A stretch of DNA of 64,000 nucleotides from Eledone cirrhosa (GCA_964016885.1 OZ024750.1:3286001-3350000); one strand, 5' to 3'. Positions 1 to 13,454 are shown, numbered from the stretch's first letter. Program-made: numbers and translations. The notes: generated by a model not told the origin, from the letters alone.

Positions 1-20
1 GACATAAGATAATATATTAC

Positions 21-82
21 CTTGAATTTAAAAAACTCCAAACGATGGTTATAAATGGTATCAATATAAGTAGAATAACATC
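21..82 (-). CDS. Candidate internal exon (62 nt) of the minus-strand gene
   Basis: Minus strand reads tatgtcctcag|GATG...TTCAAG|gtaata. Open in phase 1 as (G/R)CYSTYIDTIYNHRLEFFKFK and in phase 0 as DVILLILIPFITIVWSFLNS. No homology recognised. Confidence 0.3.
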
Positions 83-254
83 CTGAGGACATAATTTAGG
101 ACAGTGGTTCCTAAGCTTATTTTATTGTGGAACTCTGTTGAGATTTCTCAAAAATCCTTATAAACATATCTATATTTAACAGACAACCTTTGCCAGCCTA
201 ATTTTAATAAGACATTAACTTAAACAAAAATTGTTTTATAGAGAAGATTTTAAT

Positions 255-378
255 AACCCCAGAAGGCTGGAAAGCAAAGTTGACCTCGGTGGGATTTGAA
301 CTCAACGTGTAAAGAACAGGAACAAATGCACTAAAGCATTTTATCTAACGATCTAATGACTCTGCCAATCCACCGCCC
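255..378 (-). mobile_element. tRNA-derived Nin-type SINE (family A), 5' part
   Basis: Reverse complement carries the B-box-like GAGTTCAAATCCC and the degraded core CTTTGCTTTCCAGCC shared with the other copies. Confidence 0.7.
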
Positions 379-1025
379 ATAGAATAGAAATTTAGTATTA
401 AATGATATAAAACTATGTTTTCTGACATGATTGTTATCAAGCAATAACATCACTTAAATGTACATATATCTTGAGTGGAAGTCATGTTTTGTCTACATCT
501 ATAAAAACTAAAGTAAGCAATTACCAACATGACATCATTACAGGAAAACCCAATCTGTTATTTATCTTCTACATTCCTAACATTTAGATATAAACTTGGG
601 AGTGTGCACATTGTCTATGTTGAGAAAGGAGATAATTATTAAATAAGATACAGTTTATTATTCATATAAGGCCCTGAGGCTGTGAATTGGAAGAGTCGTT
701 AAGATGTCAGATTAAAAATGTCTCTGTTTGTTCTGGTTCAATGTGCCCTGATTTCATATCCGGCCTGGGTCAACTTGTACTTCATCAGCCTTGAAAACAC
801 ACAGCAAAGACCAGTATTGGTGTCAGACAAACATGTAACAGTATTTGTTCTGGATCTTTACATTCTTAGTTCAATTTCAATTTTCATCCTTTCGAGAGTT
901 AATAAAATATAATTGTTTCTACTTTTGGCACAAGGCCATCAATTATCCCAGTGTATTACTGGTACTTTATTTTATCGATCTTGTAAGGATGAAAGGCAAA
1001 ATACCATTCAAGTACAGGGACTGAT

Positions 1026-1745
1026 TTAACCCTTTAGCATTTAAACCGACCATATCCGGTCAGAATTCTCACCTCTTTCTGCTCAAATTAGCTGTAACCA
1101 GCCATTCATACTAATGTTAAGGTATTGTTCTCAAAATAAATAATATCAAAATCGATTTTATGTGAGATATTATGTGAGGTAAAGCCTTTACCATGAAAAT
1201 ACAATAGTATATATAGAGTAATGTAAATGTTATGTGAGATATTATGTGAGGTAAAACCTTTACTGTGAAAATACAATAGTATATATAGAGTAATGTAAAT
1301 GTTATGTGAGATATTATGTGAGGTAAAGCCTTTACTGTGAAAATACAATAGTATATATAGAGTAATGTAAATGTTATGTGAGGTATTATGTGAGGTAAAG
1401 CCTTTACTGTGAAAATACAATAGTATATATAGAGTAATGTAAATGTTATATGAGATATTATGTGAGGTAAAGCCTTTACTGTGAAAATACAGTAGTATAT
1501 ATAGAGTAATGTAAATGTTATGTGAGATATTATGTGAGGTAAAACCTTTACTGTGAAAATACAATAGTATATATAGAGTAATGTAAATGTTATGTGAGAT
1601 ATTATGTGAGGTAAAACCTTTACTGTGAAAATACAATAGTATATATAGAGTAATGTAAATGTTATGTGAGGTATTATGTGAGGTAAAGCCTTTACTGTGA
1701 AAATACAATAGTATATATAGAGTAATGTAAATGGTAAGAGTTTAA
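1026..1745. mobile_element. piggyBac-like MITE carrying an internal tandem array
   Basis: Starts TTAA-CCCTTTAGCATTT and ends in a degenerate ...GGTAAGAGT-TTAA. Body matches copies at about 35421-35642, 38722-38933, 40551-40777 and 52040-52147, which end in AAAGGG-TTAA. Confidence 0.7.
1157..1731. repeat. 72-bp minisatellite, about 8 copies
   Basis: Unit starts at 1228 and 1300 (period 72). Explains the 24-aa periodic ORFs 1106-1708 and 1117-1749. Confidence 0.95.
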
Positions 1746-2509
1746 TCAACTTTCCCCTCCCACCAAATTACTGACCTTGTACCTGAAGTAGAAATCCCTA
1801 TAAATAAAATAAAGCCTTAACAAGATATACAAGAATGTTATATTTCTACATCCCTATTCTCTGACTCCCAACATGGTTATTTTAAGACTTCAAGTATCCA
1901 ACAGTAGAGAAGTACATATTATTAAACAGTAAATCTCATTTCCTGTGAAATTACTCTCCAATTCTCTCCAATTCTCTTCTCTGATTGTTATAGCATTAGA
2001 TTGGTTTCTTCTGCTATAATCTTCATTTGTTAATATCTCAAGCTTAAAATGTTTGTGTGTGTGTGAGAGAGAGAAATAGTGTGTGTATGTATGCATCTGT
2101 TTAGTGTGTGCGTGAGAGAGAGAGAGATAACGAGTGTGTGTGTGTAGGCACGAATGTGTGTATGTGAGAGATAGTGTGTGTGAACTGTGTACCTTTTGTC
2201 ACGTCACCAACATGACCACTTTAAATATGGTCCCACATTCTACCAAATACATTTTACCATAACACTAGCAAGGAGATTACCTCTTTGATACAGCTGAATT
2301 ATACTAAAATCATACACAATAGTTTAATAAACTTTATATTTTAATGTAGGATCTTTTTAATATCGACTTTCAATTTGAGTTTTCTTTTGATTTTGTTTAA
2401 ATTATATATTATAATCAAGCCTGGAGGGGGGTGGGCTCTGCCAGGCTTAAATTGCCCAAGAAACGCTGTATGTCAACACAACGTCTCTACGACTATCAGT
2501 AGTTACAGG

Positions 2510-2600
2510 ACCATACCTTACCATATTATAAGTATAAAAGCCATACCTTACCATATTATAAGTATAAAAGCCATACCTTACCATATTATAAGTATAAAAG
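2510..2600. repeat. 30-bp tandem repeat x3
   Basis: CCATACCTTACCATATTATAAGTATAAAAG repeated three times. Confidence 0.9.
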
Positions 2601-3037
2601 TCGTAATCACCTTAAAATCCTTATTCTGAAAGCTAATCCATTCAACATTTAGTCATTATCTTATCTCCTGCAAGCTATTTCCCTCTTCACTTTGTTATAT
2701 TTTCCTCCTATCAGTAATACAGGAATAAACTGACAATAGTATTAGACAAAAAATCTAGCAATCCAGCTATTCAAAGCTCTGCTCCACCAGACAAGATAAT
2801 ATTAGATTATTATTGTTCATAATTCCAAATGTTCAAATATGAATCATTTTGATTCTGTGGACAAAGTAATTTACTTACAATTCTGATATGAAAATACAAT
2901 CAAGAACATTAATATGATCTCCTGGAGAAAGAATACTTCTTTGCAAAAGAATTCTAATACTTGTAAAATTACACACACATACACACATATATATAATAAT
3001 TACGAAGACCAAAATCCAAAGAGAGCTTTATAAGGAT

Positions 3038-3083
<46 letters not shown>

Positions 3084-3341
3084 ATAGGGTGAAAGCAGAA
3101 ATTCTTTGCTTACACTCTAGCTTACATGCCAACACAAGAGCAAGAATGAGGGGCTCATTCTACTGACATGGCTTAAAAAAAAAGGCTTGTTTGCATAATT
3201 GCAAACGAATCGAATATTATTATTAATATTCGATAAACTCATATTATATACATATATATATAAATATATATAAATATATATATAAATATATATACATATA
3301 AATATAAGTAAGAATATTTTCGAAACAGCGAGTGGATTTGA

Positions 3342-3580
3342 AATTATTAGAAATGTTAGCTATCCCCGTATTTTGACTAAAGAAATTAAAGAAATTATTT
3401 AGCCTGATAGTGGGGTTAAGAACCCTCGAAGAAATGGAAAAAGATGAGTATTGACGTACATGGGACGTCAATACTCATCTTTTTCCATTTCTCCGAGGGT
3501 TCTTAACCCCACTATCAGGCTAAATAATTTCTTTAATTTCTTTAGTCAAAATACGGCGATAGCTAACATTTCTAATAATT
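3342..3580. repeat. Long inverted repeat (116-bp arms, 7-nt loop) between AT microsatellites
   Basis: 3342-3457 is the reverse complement of 3465-3580 with 2 visible mismatches. Loop ACATGGG. Confidence 0.95.
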
Positions 3581-3695
3581 ACATATAAATATATAAATAT
3601 AAATATATAAATATAAATATATAAATATAAAAATATATAAATATAAATATATAAATATAAATATATAAATATAAATATATAAATATAAATATATA

Positions 3696-4114
3696 TCATC
3701 ATCGTTTAACGTCCATTTTCCACGCTAGCATGGGTCTGGACGAGAATTGTCCCACTTGAGGCAAGATTGGTTGTCTTGCTCAGGACTGTCTGGCGGGTTT
3801 TCTATGGCTGGATGCCCTTCCTAACACCAACCACGTTTACAGTGTGGACTGGGAGGTTTTTACCGTGTTACCTACACGGCCACATTACAGCGTGGACTGT
3901 GTGTTTTATTGTCATGACACCTACACGTCTGGCGGGTTTTCTACGGCTGGGTGCCCTTCCCAACACCAACCACGTTTACAGTGTGTACTGAGAGGTTTTT
4001 ACCGTGTTACCTACATGGCCACATTAGAGCGTGGATTGTGTGTTTTTTTGTCGTGACACCTACATGACCTCATTTGTTTCGGACTGGATGTTGTGGTACC
4101 AACATAACTTCACA
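3696..4114 (-). mobile_element. SINE family B with RTE-type tail and (GAT)n end
   Basis: Reverse complement carries GTTAGGAAGGGCATCCAGCC and ACCCATGCTAGCGTGGAAAATGGACGTTAAACGATGATGAT. Close copies at 27805, 30358 and 37602. Confidence 0.85.
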
Positions 4115-4249
4115 TATAAGGGCTTATGCCCGAAACGTCGTCCCCCACACCCCACTCTCAAGCGTGAAACTAAAAACCATATCATTTGTACTGCCTCTCT
4201 GTTTTTTGTTCTGTTCATTTATTAAACTATATATATAGGTACAGTTACG

Positions 4250-4940
4250 TAATCTCAGCAGGGTATTTATTCTTTCTTCGATGCACATCATTACAATTCA
4301 ATACATAATAAAAATACTGAAAAACATCTTATCCACTACCACAAATATAGCTAACAATTTGTTATCTAGCAATAATAAGAAAATTAAAAAGATATAATAA
4401 TACATCAAATAATAGAACTAACACAGGTAATCTAGAAGTAAGAGGTGGCTTAAATATTCAAAACTCTCACACATCATTCCATCTCCATCATTCTAACTGT
4501 AATAATAACCTAATATCCAATTGAAACTATAACTGTAGAAACCCTAATACCTGCCCTCTTAATGGCAATTGTCTAACTGATAATGTATTTTACCAATGCA
4601 CTATATCCGCACATACTTATAAGATGTATATAGAGGCCACCCCAAATAGCTTTTGATCTAAATATTATATGATTTAGAAAGAAGAAAAAAAAGTAGTTCA
4701 ACCTCATTAGCTTGATATATGTGGGGCTTCAATGAGGCCAATACCAAGTATTCCATTGATTGGAAGATCCTGAAAATCGCCCATTCTTACCAGCCTGGAA
4801 ACAAAAGGTGTAACTTATACCTCATTGAATGTCACTATATTTTAAAATCCAAACTAGTAATCCTTAACAGAAAATCTCAGTTTCTTTCCACCTGCCCATA
4901 TAAATGTTCTCAATCTTTCTATCATAGTAATTATTAAAAT
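4250..4940 (+). pseudogene. Penelope-like element GIY-YIG endonuclease remnant
   Basis: Manual translation gives NCRNPNTCPLNGNCLTDNVFYQCTI...YIEATPNSF...STSLA*YMW...IDWKILKIAHSYQPGNKRCNLYLIECHYIL...LNRKSQFLSTCPYK. This is the Cys-rich linker plus GIY-YIG pattern of PLE ORFs, with stops and frameshifts. Confidence 0.8.
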
Positions 4941-5619
4941 AATGGTACTATCTAAACTTTAAACAGATAATGATTTAACATATCTATAGCTACTAGTTTT
5001 AATCAATTATGTTGTTAGAAATCAATATGTTGTTAGAAATCTGTATATATATATAATACTTTTTTTTTTTTTAATAGATTAATTACTAACAAATAAATAG
5101 CTCCCACTCTACTAAATCCTAACCGACTTCTACCTTATTCACTAAGATTTTACGACACAGAAGCCTAATATTTTTATTATTTCAATTTTAATCTTATAGT
5201 AAAATTAACTTTAACCCACTAGTCTTAATCATTATTTCTCCCTGTAAATTCAACAGGTTTTAGCCCTAAGACATAAATGCAACAATTAATATACCCTCCT
5301 TAGGAAAAATCTTTCTCCTATTCCTTCTGCCAAATGGAACCTATAAATAATTTGTATTATGTCCACATAAATAGATATACATTTATACATCTTAAGGTGC
5401 ATATCAGTAGATAGATGTATGTGTGTGTGTGTGAGTATGGGCCGATATATGAGTGTGTGTACATGGGTGTGACTATACACATATGGGTGTCTAAATATGT
5501 ATATGTGATTATGATTAAATATCCTTTTTGAACTGCTTATGATATATATATATATATATATAAATATATATAAATATATATATATATAAATATATATATA
5601 TATAAATATAAATAAATGA

Positions 5620-5772
5620 AGTAATTCTGTCGGAAAAGTCCAGGAAAAAAGAGTGCTCTATGTAGGTAACAGAGCTTAATAGTTATGTAATAAACAACAT
5701 AAGGCAATTATTTTGCTTTTAAGAAACCACTAGTAAATGAAATAATTGCCTTATGTTGTTTATGACATAACC
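5620..5772 (-). mobile_element. PLE-like terminal fragment with fold-back, inside (TA)n
   Basis: Inverted arms at 5682-5713 and 5740-5771. 5620-5680 is similar to 28240-28300 (GGAAAAAAGAGTGCTCTATGTA...CAGAGC). Confidence 0.6.
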
Positions 5773-5844
<72 letters not shown>

Positions 5845-5950
5845 GTATATATATATATAAATATATAATCAACTGCCTAAGTTTGCACCATACATGTGTA
5901 CAATTATGTTAATTCCATCATGTGTTGTGTTTGTCATCATGGTTTAGCTG

Positions 5951-6420
5951 CAGTCTCCATATTGAGTGTGCAGTCTTCTTCTAACACCACTCCACAGTCT
6001 CCATATTGAGTGTGCAGTCATCTTCTAACACCACTCCACAGTCTCCATATTGAGTGTGCAGTCATCTTCTAACACCACTCCACAGTCTCCATATTGAGTG
6101 TGCAGTCATCTTCTAACACCACTCCACAGTCTCCATATTGAGTGTGCAGTCATCTTCTAACACCACTCCACAGTCTCCATATTGAGTGTGCAGTCATCTT
6201 CTAACACCACTCCACAGTCCCCATATTGAGTGTGCAGTCATCTAACACCACTCCACAGTCCCCATATTGAGTGTGCAGTCATCTAACACCACTCCACAGT
6301 CCCCATATTGAGTGTGCAGTCATCTAACACCACTCCACAGTCCCCATATTGAGTGTGCAGTCATCTAACACCACTCCACAGTCCCCATATTGAGTGTGCA
6401 GTCATCTAACACCACTCCAC
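5951..6420. repeat. 44/41-bp minisatellite, 11 copies
   Basis: Six 44-bp units CAGTCTCCATATTGAGTGTGCAGTCATCTTCTAACACCACTCCA, then five 41-bp variant units from 6215. Confidence 0.95.
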
Positions 6421-6514
6421 ATATATTCAAAAGTGCAGTCGACTATGAAAAATTTAAAAAAAAACATCTTCAGGTATGTCTTTGTAATCTTTGATGCTGT
6501 TTATATACACGGAG

Positions 6515-6770
6515 AGAGAAGTGGGGTGAGGTAAAGAAAGAGAGGGAGGGGTGGGAGAGAGAGAGAGAGAGAAGTGGGGGTGAGGTAAAGAAAGAGAGGG
6601 AGAGGTGGGAGAGAGAGAGAGAGAGAAGTGGGGGTGAGGTAAAGAAAGAGAGGGAGAAGTGGGGGTGAGGTAAAGAAAGAGAGGGAGAGGTGGGAGTGAG
6701 GCAGAGAGAGAGAAGTGGGGGTGAGGTAAAGAAAGAGAGGGAGAGGTGGGAGTGAGGCAGAGAGAGAAGG
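6515..6770. repeat. Purine-rich imperfect tandem repeat
   Basis: GAGAAGTGGGGGTGAGGTAAAGAAAGAGAGGG units with (GA)n spacers. Confidence 0.85.
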
Positions 6771-7214
6771 GATTTAGTGCAAATGGAAGACTACTGAACT
6801 TTACAATAAGAATTTTAATGGCTGAAGTTTATAAGAATAATTGTTTCTACTTTTGGCACAAGGCCAGCAATTACCCCAGTGTATTACTGGTACTTTATGT
6901 TATCAACCCTGTAAGGATGAAAGGCAAAGTTAACCTCGGTGGGATTTGAACTCAGTTTGTAAGAAATAACTGCCATCAACTTTCCCTTTCATCTCATCAG
7001 ATGTAATAAAATATAAACTAGTTAAATACTTAAGTTAATTAAATTAATTAGACTTCCTCCCACACAAAAATATATCAAGGGTGGATCAGATTCATTAACT
7101 ACCAAAATTAATTGTTTTTACATTTAGCACAAGGCCAGCAATTTGAAGAGGAAGGGAATGTTGATTAAAGCTACATGTGAAGTGAAATTAATGCTAATGC
7201 CAGTAATTTCACTT

Positions 7215-7279
7215 CACATGTAGCTCTACATATATACTCATGTAGCTCTACACATATATATATATACACATGTAGCTCT

Positions 7280-7321
<42 letters not shown>

Positions 7322-7329
7322 GTAGCTCT

Positions 7330-7367
<38 letters not shown>

Positions 7368-7875
7368 GTAGCTCTACACACACATATATATATACACATG
7401 TAGCTCTACACACATATATATATACACATGTAGCTCTACACATATATATATATACACATGTAGCTCTACACATATATATATATACACATGTAGCTCTACA
7501 CATATATATATATACACATGTAGCTCTACACACATATATATACACATGTAGCTCTACACACATATATATATACACATGTAGCTCTACACACATATATATA
7601 TACACATGTAGCTCTACACATATATATATATATACATGTAACTACATATATATATACACATGTAACTCTACATATATATATATACACATGTAGCTCTACA
7701 TATATACACATGTAGCCCTACATATATACACATGTAGCCCTACATATATATATACACATATATATATATACACATGTAGCTCTACATATACACACATGTA
7801 GCCCTACATATATATATACACATGTAACTACATATATATATATACACATGTAGCTCTACATATATACACATGTAA
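7215..7875. repeat. Compound repeat CACATGTAGCTCTACA(CA)n(TA)n
   Basis: About 20 units of variable length. Explains ORFs 7171-7605 and 7526-7711. Confidence 0.9.
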
Positions 7876-7984
7876 CAAAGTGATTGACACAGCAAACTCC
7901 ACTCTAGATCAAACCAATAATTCTTATTGATCATCAGTTTTTAAATAGTTTATTTTAATTCATTCTGTTTAAAGAACCTTGAAA

Positions 7985-8105
7985 TAATCATTTCTACTTT
8001 AGGCACAAGGCCAGCAAATTACCCAGTGCATTACTGGTACTTTATTTTATCGACCCTGTAAGGATGAAAGGCAAAGTCAACCTCGGCGGGATTTGAACTC
8101 AGAAC
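7985..8105 (-). mobile_element. Nin-type SINE family A, 3' half
   Basis: CTGGTACTTTATTTTATCGACCCTGTAAGGATGAAAGGCAAAG core. Similar partial copies at 911-1000, 6839-6955 and 11785-11862. Confidence 0.8.
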
Positions 8106-8193
8106 ATATCTTGAAATAATGGCACCTGGTTTGAAGCTATGTTTCTATTTATGATGGAAGTGAATTCTTCAATGTTGGTCTATATTGGCTCCT

Positions 8194-9865
8194 AGTCCAC
8201 CGTGTAAGATGGCCACGCTGGTGATACAACAAAAGCCCCCAGTCCACCCTGTAAGATGGCCACGCTGGTGATACAACAAAAGCCCCCAGTCCACCCTGTA
8301 AGGTGGCCACGCTGGTGATACAACAAAAGCCCCCAGTCCACCCTGTAAGGTGACCAGGCTGGTGATACAACAAAAACCCCCAGTCCACCCTGTAAGGTGA
8401 CCAGGCTGGTGATACAACAAAAGCCCCCAGTCCACCCTGTAAGGTGACCAGGCTGGTGATACAACAAAAGCCCCCAGTCCACCGTGTAAGATGGCCACGC
8501 TGGTGATACAACAAAAGCCCCCAGTCCACCCTGTAAGGTGACCAAGCTGGTGATACAACAAAAACCCCCAGTCCACCTGGTAAGGTGGCCTTGCTGGTGA
8601 TACAACAAAAGCCCCCAGTCCACCCTGTAAGGTGACCATGCTGGTGATACAACAAAAGCCCCCCAGTCCACCCTGTAAGGTGACCAGGCTGGTGATACAA
8701 CAAAATCCCCAGTCCACCCTGTAAGGTGACCATGCTGGTGATACAACAAAAGCCCCCAGTCCACCCTGTAAGGTGACCATGCTGGTGATACAACAAAAGC
8801 CCCCCAGTCCACCCTGTAAGGTGACCAGGCTGGTGATACAACAAAATCCCCAGTCCACCCTGTAAGGTGACCATGCTGGTGATACAACAAAATCCCCAGT
8901 CCACCCTGTAAGGTGACCAGGCTGGTGATACAACAAAAGCCCCCCAGTCCACCCTGTAAGGTGACCAGGCTGGTGATACAACAAAATCCCCAGTCCACCC
9001 TGTAAGGTGACCATGCTGGTGATACAACAAAAGCCCCCAGTCCACCCTGTAAGGTGACCATGCTGGTGATACAACAAAAGCCCCCAGTCCACCCTGTAAG
9101 GTGACCATGCTGGTGATACAACAAAAGCCCCCCAGTCCACCCTGTAAGGTGACCAGGCTGGTGATACAACAAAAGCCCTAGTCCACCCGGTAAGGTGGCC
9201 ATGCTAGTGATACAACAAAATCCCTAGTCCACTCTGTAAGGTGACCATGCTGGTGATACAACAAAATCCCCAGTCCACCCTGTAAGGTGACCATGCTGGT
9301 GATACAACAAAAGCCCCCAGTCCACCCTGTAAGGTGACCATGCTGGTGATACAACAAAAGCCCCCAGTCCACCCTGTAAGGTGACCATGCTGGTGATACA
9401 ACAAAAGCCCCCAGTCCACCCGGTAAGGTGACCATGCTGGTGATACAACAAAATCCCCAGTCCACCCGGTAAGGTGACCATGCTGGTGATACAACAAAAG
9501 CCCCCCAGTCCACCCGGTAAGGTGGTCGTGCTGGTGATACAACAAAAGCCCCAGTCCACCCTGTAAGGTGACCATGCTGGTGATACAACAAAAGCCCCCC
9601 AGTCCACCCGGTAAGGTGGCCTTGCTGGTGATACAACAAAAGCCCCAGTCCACCCTGTAAGGTGACCATGCTGGTGATACAACAAAAGCCCCAGTCCACC
9701 CTGTAAGGTGACCATGCTGGTGATACAACAAAAGCCCCCAGTCCACCCTGTAAGGTGACCATGCTGGTGATACAACAAAAGCCCCCAGTCCACCCTGTAA
9801 GGTGACCATGCTGGTGATACAACAAAAGCCCCCAGTCCACCCTGTAAGGTGGCCATGCTGGTGAC
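8194..9865. repeat. 46-48-bp minisatellite, about 35 copies
   Basis: Unit AGTCCACCCTGTAAGGTGACCATGCTGGTGATACAACAAAAGCCCCC, with length varying in the C run. Source of the ORFs at 8149-9947. Confidence 0.95.
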
Positions 9866-11904
9866 ATGACAAAACCACACCCAGTCTACTCTGCAAGGTG
9901 GTTGTACCAGTGACAGAACAAGGACTTGTGCCTAAATCAGAAACCAATATACAGTATCTTTATTAGTGGACAAATCATTGTGAGAATGTACAGTATTAGA
10001 GTTAAGACTACTTTTCAATATGAAGCAGTTAATTCAGTTCCATGTGTAGTACAGGATGTTAAGAGCTAAATTTGTTTGTGTTAACTGTTGATTTATTATT
10101 TTAATATTAAGGTATTTTGTAGGTTTTCTTTCAATTTTGCAAATGAAATTTGTTTGGAAGTGAGAAAAAGGGGGAGGGGGGAACAAATGGAGATTTATAT
10201 GTAACAGCAGGTGTTAGCAAAAACATCATTAATGAAATGAAAGAAAATAAAGAGACGACAACCTATTGAGTTGGAAAGAGCTTCATTTATATATATCTGG
10301 GGGAAGCTAGTCTATAAGTCTGGAGTTTCAGATAAATTCTCATACCAGCTGGGATCAGATTGCTTTTCTAATTCTTTGCCATAACAAGATTGCTTTTGCC
10401 AAATTGCTCCCAAGCTTCCAAAAATAAAAGCCACAATAACTTCAATATATTCCAAGTTTTGACATATTAGCAGTTAAGCACCATCCTGCTTCCATCTCTT
10501 ACAATCAATCAAACCATTTCTTAAGCCTCAATTCCTTTTGATTATGTCCAAAGTTTTGATAATGTGTAGCTCCCACACATACCATATATACTCAAATATA
10601 AGCCAAGGAATGTGTGACCAAGGTAGAAGGGAGAGAGGGCTCAATATTTTGACTTAGGTGTAGATTCTGTCATTCTCTCCCCTTCCATCATTCTTTCGTT
10701 GTTCAACAATCCTAACCCTTTCCCTCATTTTCCTCTCATTTAAGCACTCCACGTCATGTGTGATTTTTTTCTTCTATCTCCTAATGATCAACTAACATTT
10801 AAATCTTATAAACGAAAGAAGACTTCATATTTTGAGGATTTTTTCAACCAACTTCAAATTCTACATAAATAAGGTTTGGATTTTTACCCATTTCTCAGAC
10901 ATAAAATAGTGGGGTCAGCTTATATTCAAATACATTCAGTAAATAGCACTTCTTGTTTTAGCTAAGCTAGTCTACTTCATTTACGTTTTCTGTTAACTTA
11001 ACTGCAAAAGATCTCTTTATTATTTTATAAATTCTTATTTCTATAATGTGAATTCATTTGATAAATAATTCAGTAAATATTCAAATGAATAATCACAACT
11101 ATCTGACATGTTCAAAAATCTACAAAACAAATGTGCTATTTAATAAGATTTTTGAAAAATATAAACATCTGTTATAAATTTTCACCAATTCCCAATATTT
11201 ACGCTGCTGAAGTAATTTAGTTAAAATTCAAGTCATTCTTGGGCCTGGAGGCTAAACAGGCTGGGGTTTATCACAGCTTCACATAATGGTGGGAACCACA
11301 AGACTCTCCTCCTGATAAAATGCCAGTTTGTTGCAGCACAGATGCAGCTGGTAGTGATTTGCAGCTGAGTGAACTGAGGAGGCAATGTTACCCAGTCTTG
11401 GAATTGAACCCACCAGCTTACAATCATGTACAAAGTGTACAGAAGATCTATACATGCTTTTACATACTTAATCATCTTCCATTCATACATCGGATAACTT
11501 TGATATCAAGACATCTCTCCCCCACCCCAATTTCACAAACTGACAGTCTATATTGAACCATGTCCCAATTGTTATATTACCTACATGTACTATGTTCTCG
11601 TATTGTAGAGCATCACACTGCTTACAAATACTTCATATGAGGACCATTTTTTACAAAGTGGAAACAGGCCAAAAAGACAGTAGCAGTCCTCCAGCCAAGT
11701 CTACATAGCTAAACACTTTAGAAACTAAAATATATGGCTAACTACTGATCCTGCTGTTAGCTACTGGTGCACCTAAATTTCTAACACCTTGTAACGATAA
11801 AATAAAGTACCAGTAATGCAGTGGGTAATTGCTGGCCTTGTGCCAAAATTTAGAAACAATTATTTCTGCACTAATTAATATTCCATATTTAATGTTTATC
11901 TATC

Positions 11905-12200
11905 CGGATTCCTCCGAAGGTAGTTTAGAGTAACATTACTCAGTGTGTAGCTCAGAGATGAGAGTCACTCCAAGTAGAGCCACTACTTCTCCTAATTGAG
12001 AGATCACAGCTCCGATACTATGAGCATGTGGTTAGAATGTCTCAGGAAAGAAACACTGGACAGATTTTACAGGCAAAACCAACCACCAGGAGACCCAGGG
12101 GTAGACCCTGAACAAGATAGTTGGATAACATCCATGAGCTTGGCTCAGGCCTTACCACTGGAATCAAGTTGTATTAGCCCTTACCATTCTCTGAGTTTGT
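11905..12200 (+). mobile_element. RTE-clade LINE 3' fragment (degraded)
   Basis: Translates as LQVEPLLLLIERSQLRYYEHVVRM...RRPRGRP*TR*LDNI, the typical RTE ORF C-terminus. Confidence 0.75.
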
Positions 12201-12869
12201 CAATGGTACCACTGGAGTCAAGTTGTATTGGACCTTGCCTTTCTTTTGGACAATATCGGTATGAATAAACAACTACTGATCTTTCACATAAAAAATTTGT
12301 TTAAAAACCCTAGCTAAAGTCTGTGCTGAAATGAAGAACCTTTCAGGAGCAAAGCCATAATCTCACAAGACATATGTTGGTTCCTCATTCCATCTGCATT
12401 ACTTCAATTTAGAAAAAATAAAATTCTAAAAGCTGTAAACATTTTTTATTGACATAAACTCTGTTTGAAATTTCTTTGATTTGGCAAACAATCAAAAATA
12501 CTGCAATAACTTTTAGCATCCTATAATTGTTTAGCAGGAAATATCTAAAAATAGGTTTGCTCATTGAAATGTTTATAGTATATTTACTAGTGGAGAGATC
12601 TTTGTAAAAAAAATAATTAAAAAATGCAATATTAGAGTAAATACTTTAACTTTTAACATGATGCACTCACAACTGTCTTAGATTTTTCAAGAATGTTTTT
12701 GCCAACGTGTTGTCACGTGGTTCGGGTTGTCAAGAGTCAGAAAGGAATCAAAATCTGAGAACTACAATAGGATTTTAAAATGATGAATATGTGGCATGTT
12801 CCATCAGACTTAACTGCATGTGCAGTTTAATTCCCATGTATATTCTCTTGAAGTAGGTCAAAAGGCCAG

Positions 12870-12871
<2 letters not shown>

Positions 12872-12963
<92 letters not shown>
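12872..12963. repeat. (GA)n microsatellite
   Basis: Read directly from the sequence. Confidence 0.95.
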
Positions 12964-12964
<1 letters not shown>

Positions 12965-13454
12965 TTCCAGAAAACCTGAATAAGAAATGTTTACATATGC
13001 AACCCATTTCTTAATATTACAGTTTTAGACATTTGAAATTACTCCAGAGGGTAACAACTTTTAAATAGAGAAATATGATGTCCTTTAATTATTTATAGTT
13101 TACTTAATTAACAGTCACTCACATTCTAGAGGTTTAATTAACTAATTATTATATAGTCATATACTAATTATACTAATGAGGCAAGCAATAATTTAGCCAA
13201 GACATTAACATGAATCATATTTATCCATTTTATACTATGCCCTGATTAAAATGGTTAGTGCAAATTCCTAAAATTCATCATGCAAACGAGAAGAGATTAT
13301 TTAGATTGCAGTTTTACAGTTTGTTTGGGTTTTTTATTTTCTTGTCAGTAAACAGAGACGGTTATGTCTCACAATATTTAAACTGGTTTTTTTTAATGAT
13401 AATATTTTCTTTATTAGCCATTCAGGACAATTACATACAAATTATTCACATACT

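Noticed and set aside
8149-9947. Long 218-336-aa ORFs in three frames
   Set aside because: Stop-free read-through of a 46-48-bp minisatellite. The same peptides appear in all frames.
12671-12754. 84-nt AG/GT-bounded minus-strand segment, possibly a coding or selenocysteine exon
   Set aside because: Stops occur in all three frames and there is no SECIS evidence. At most a non-coding exon.
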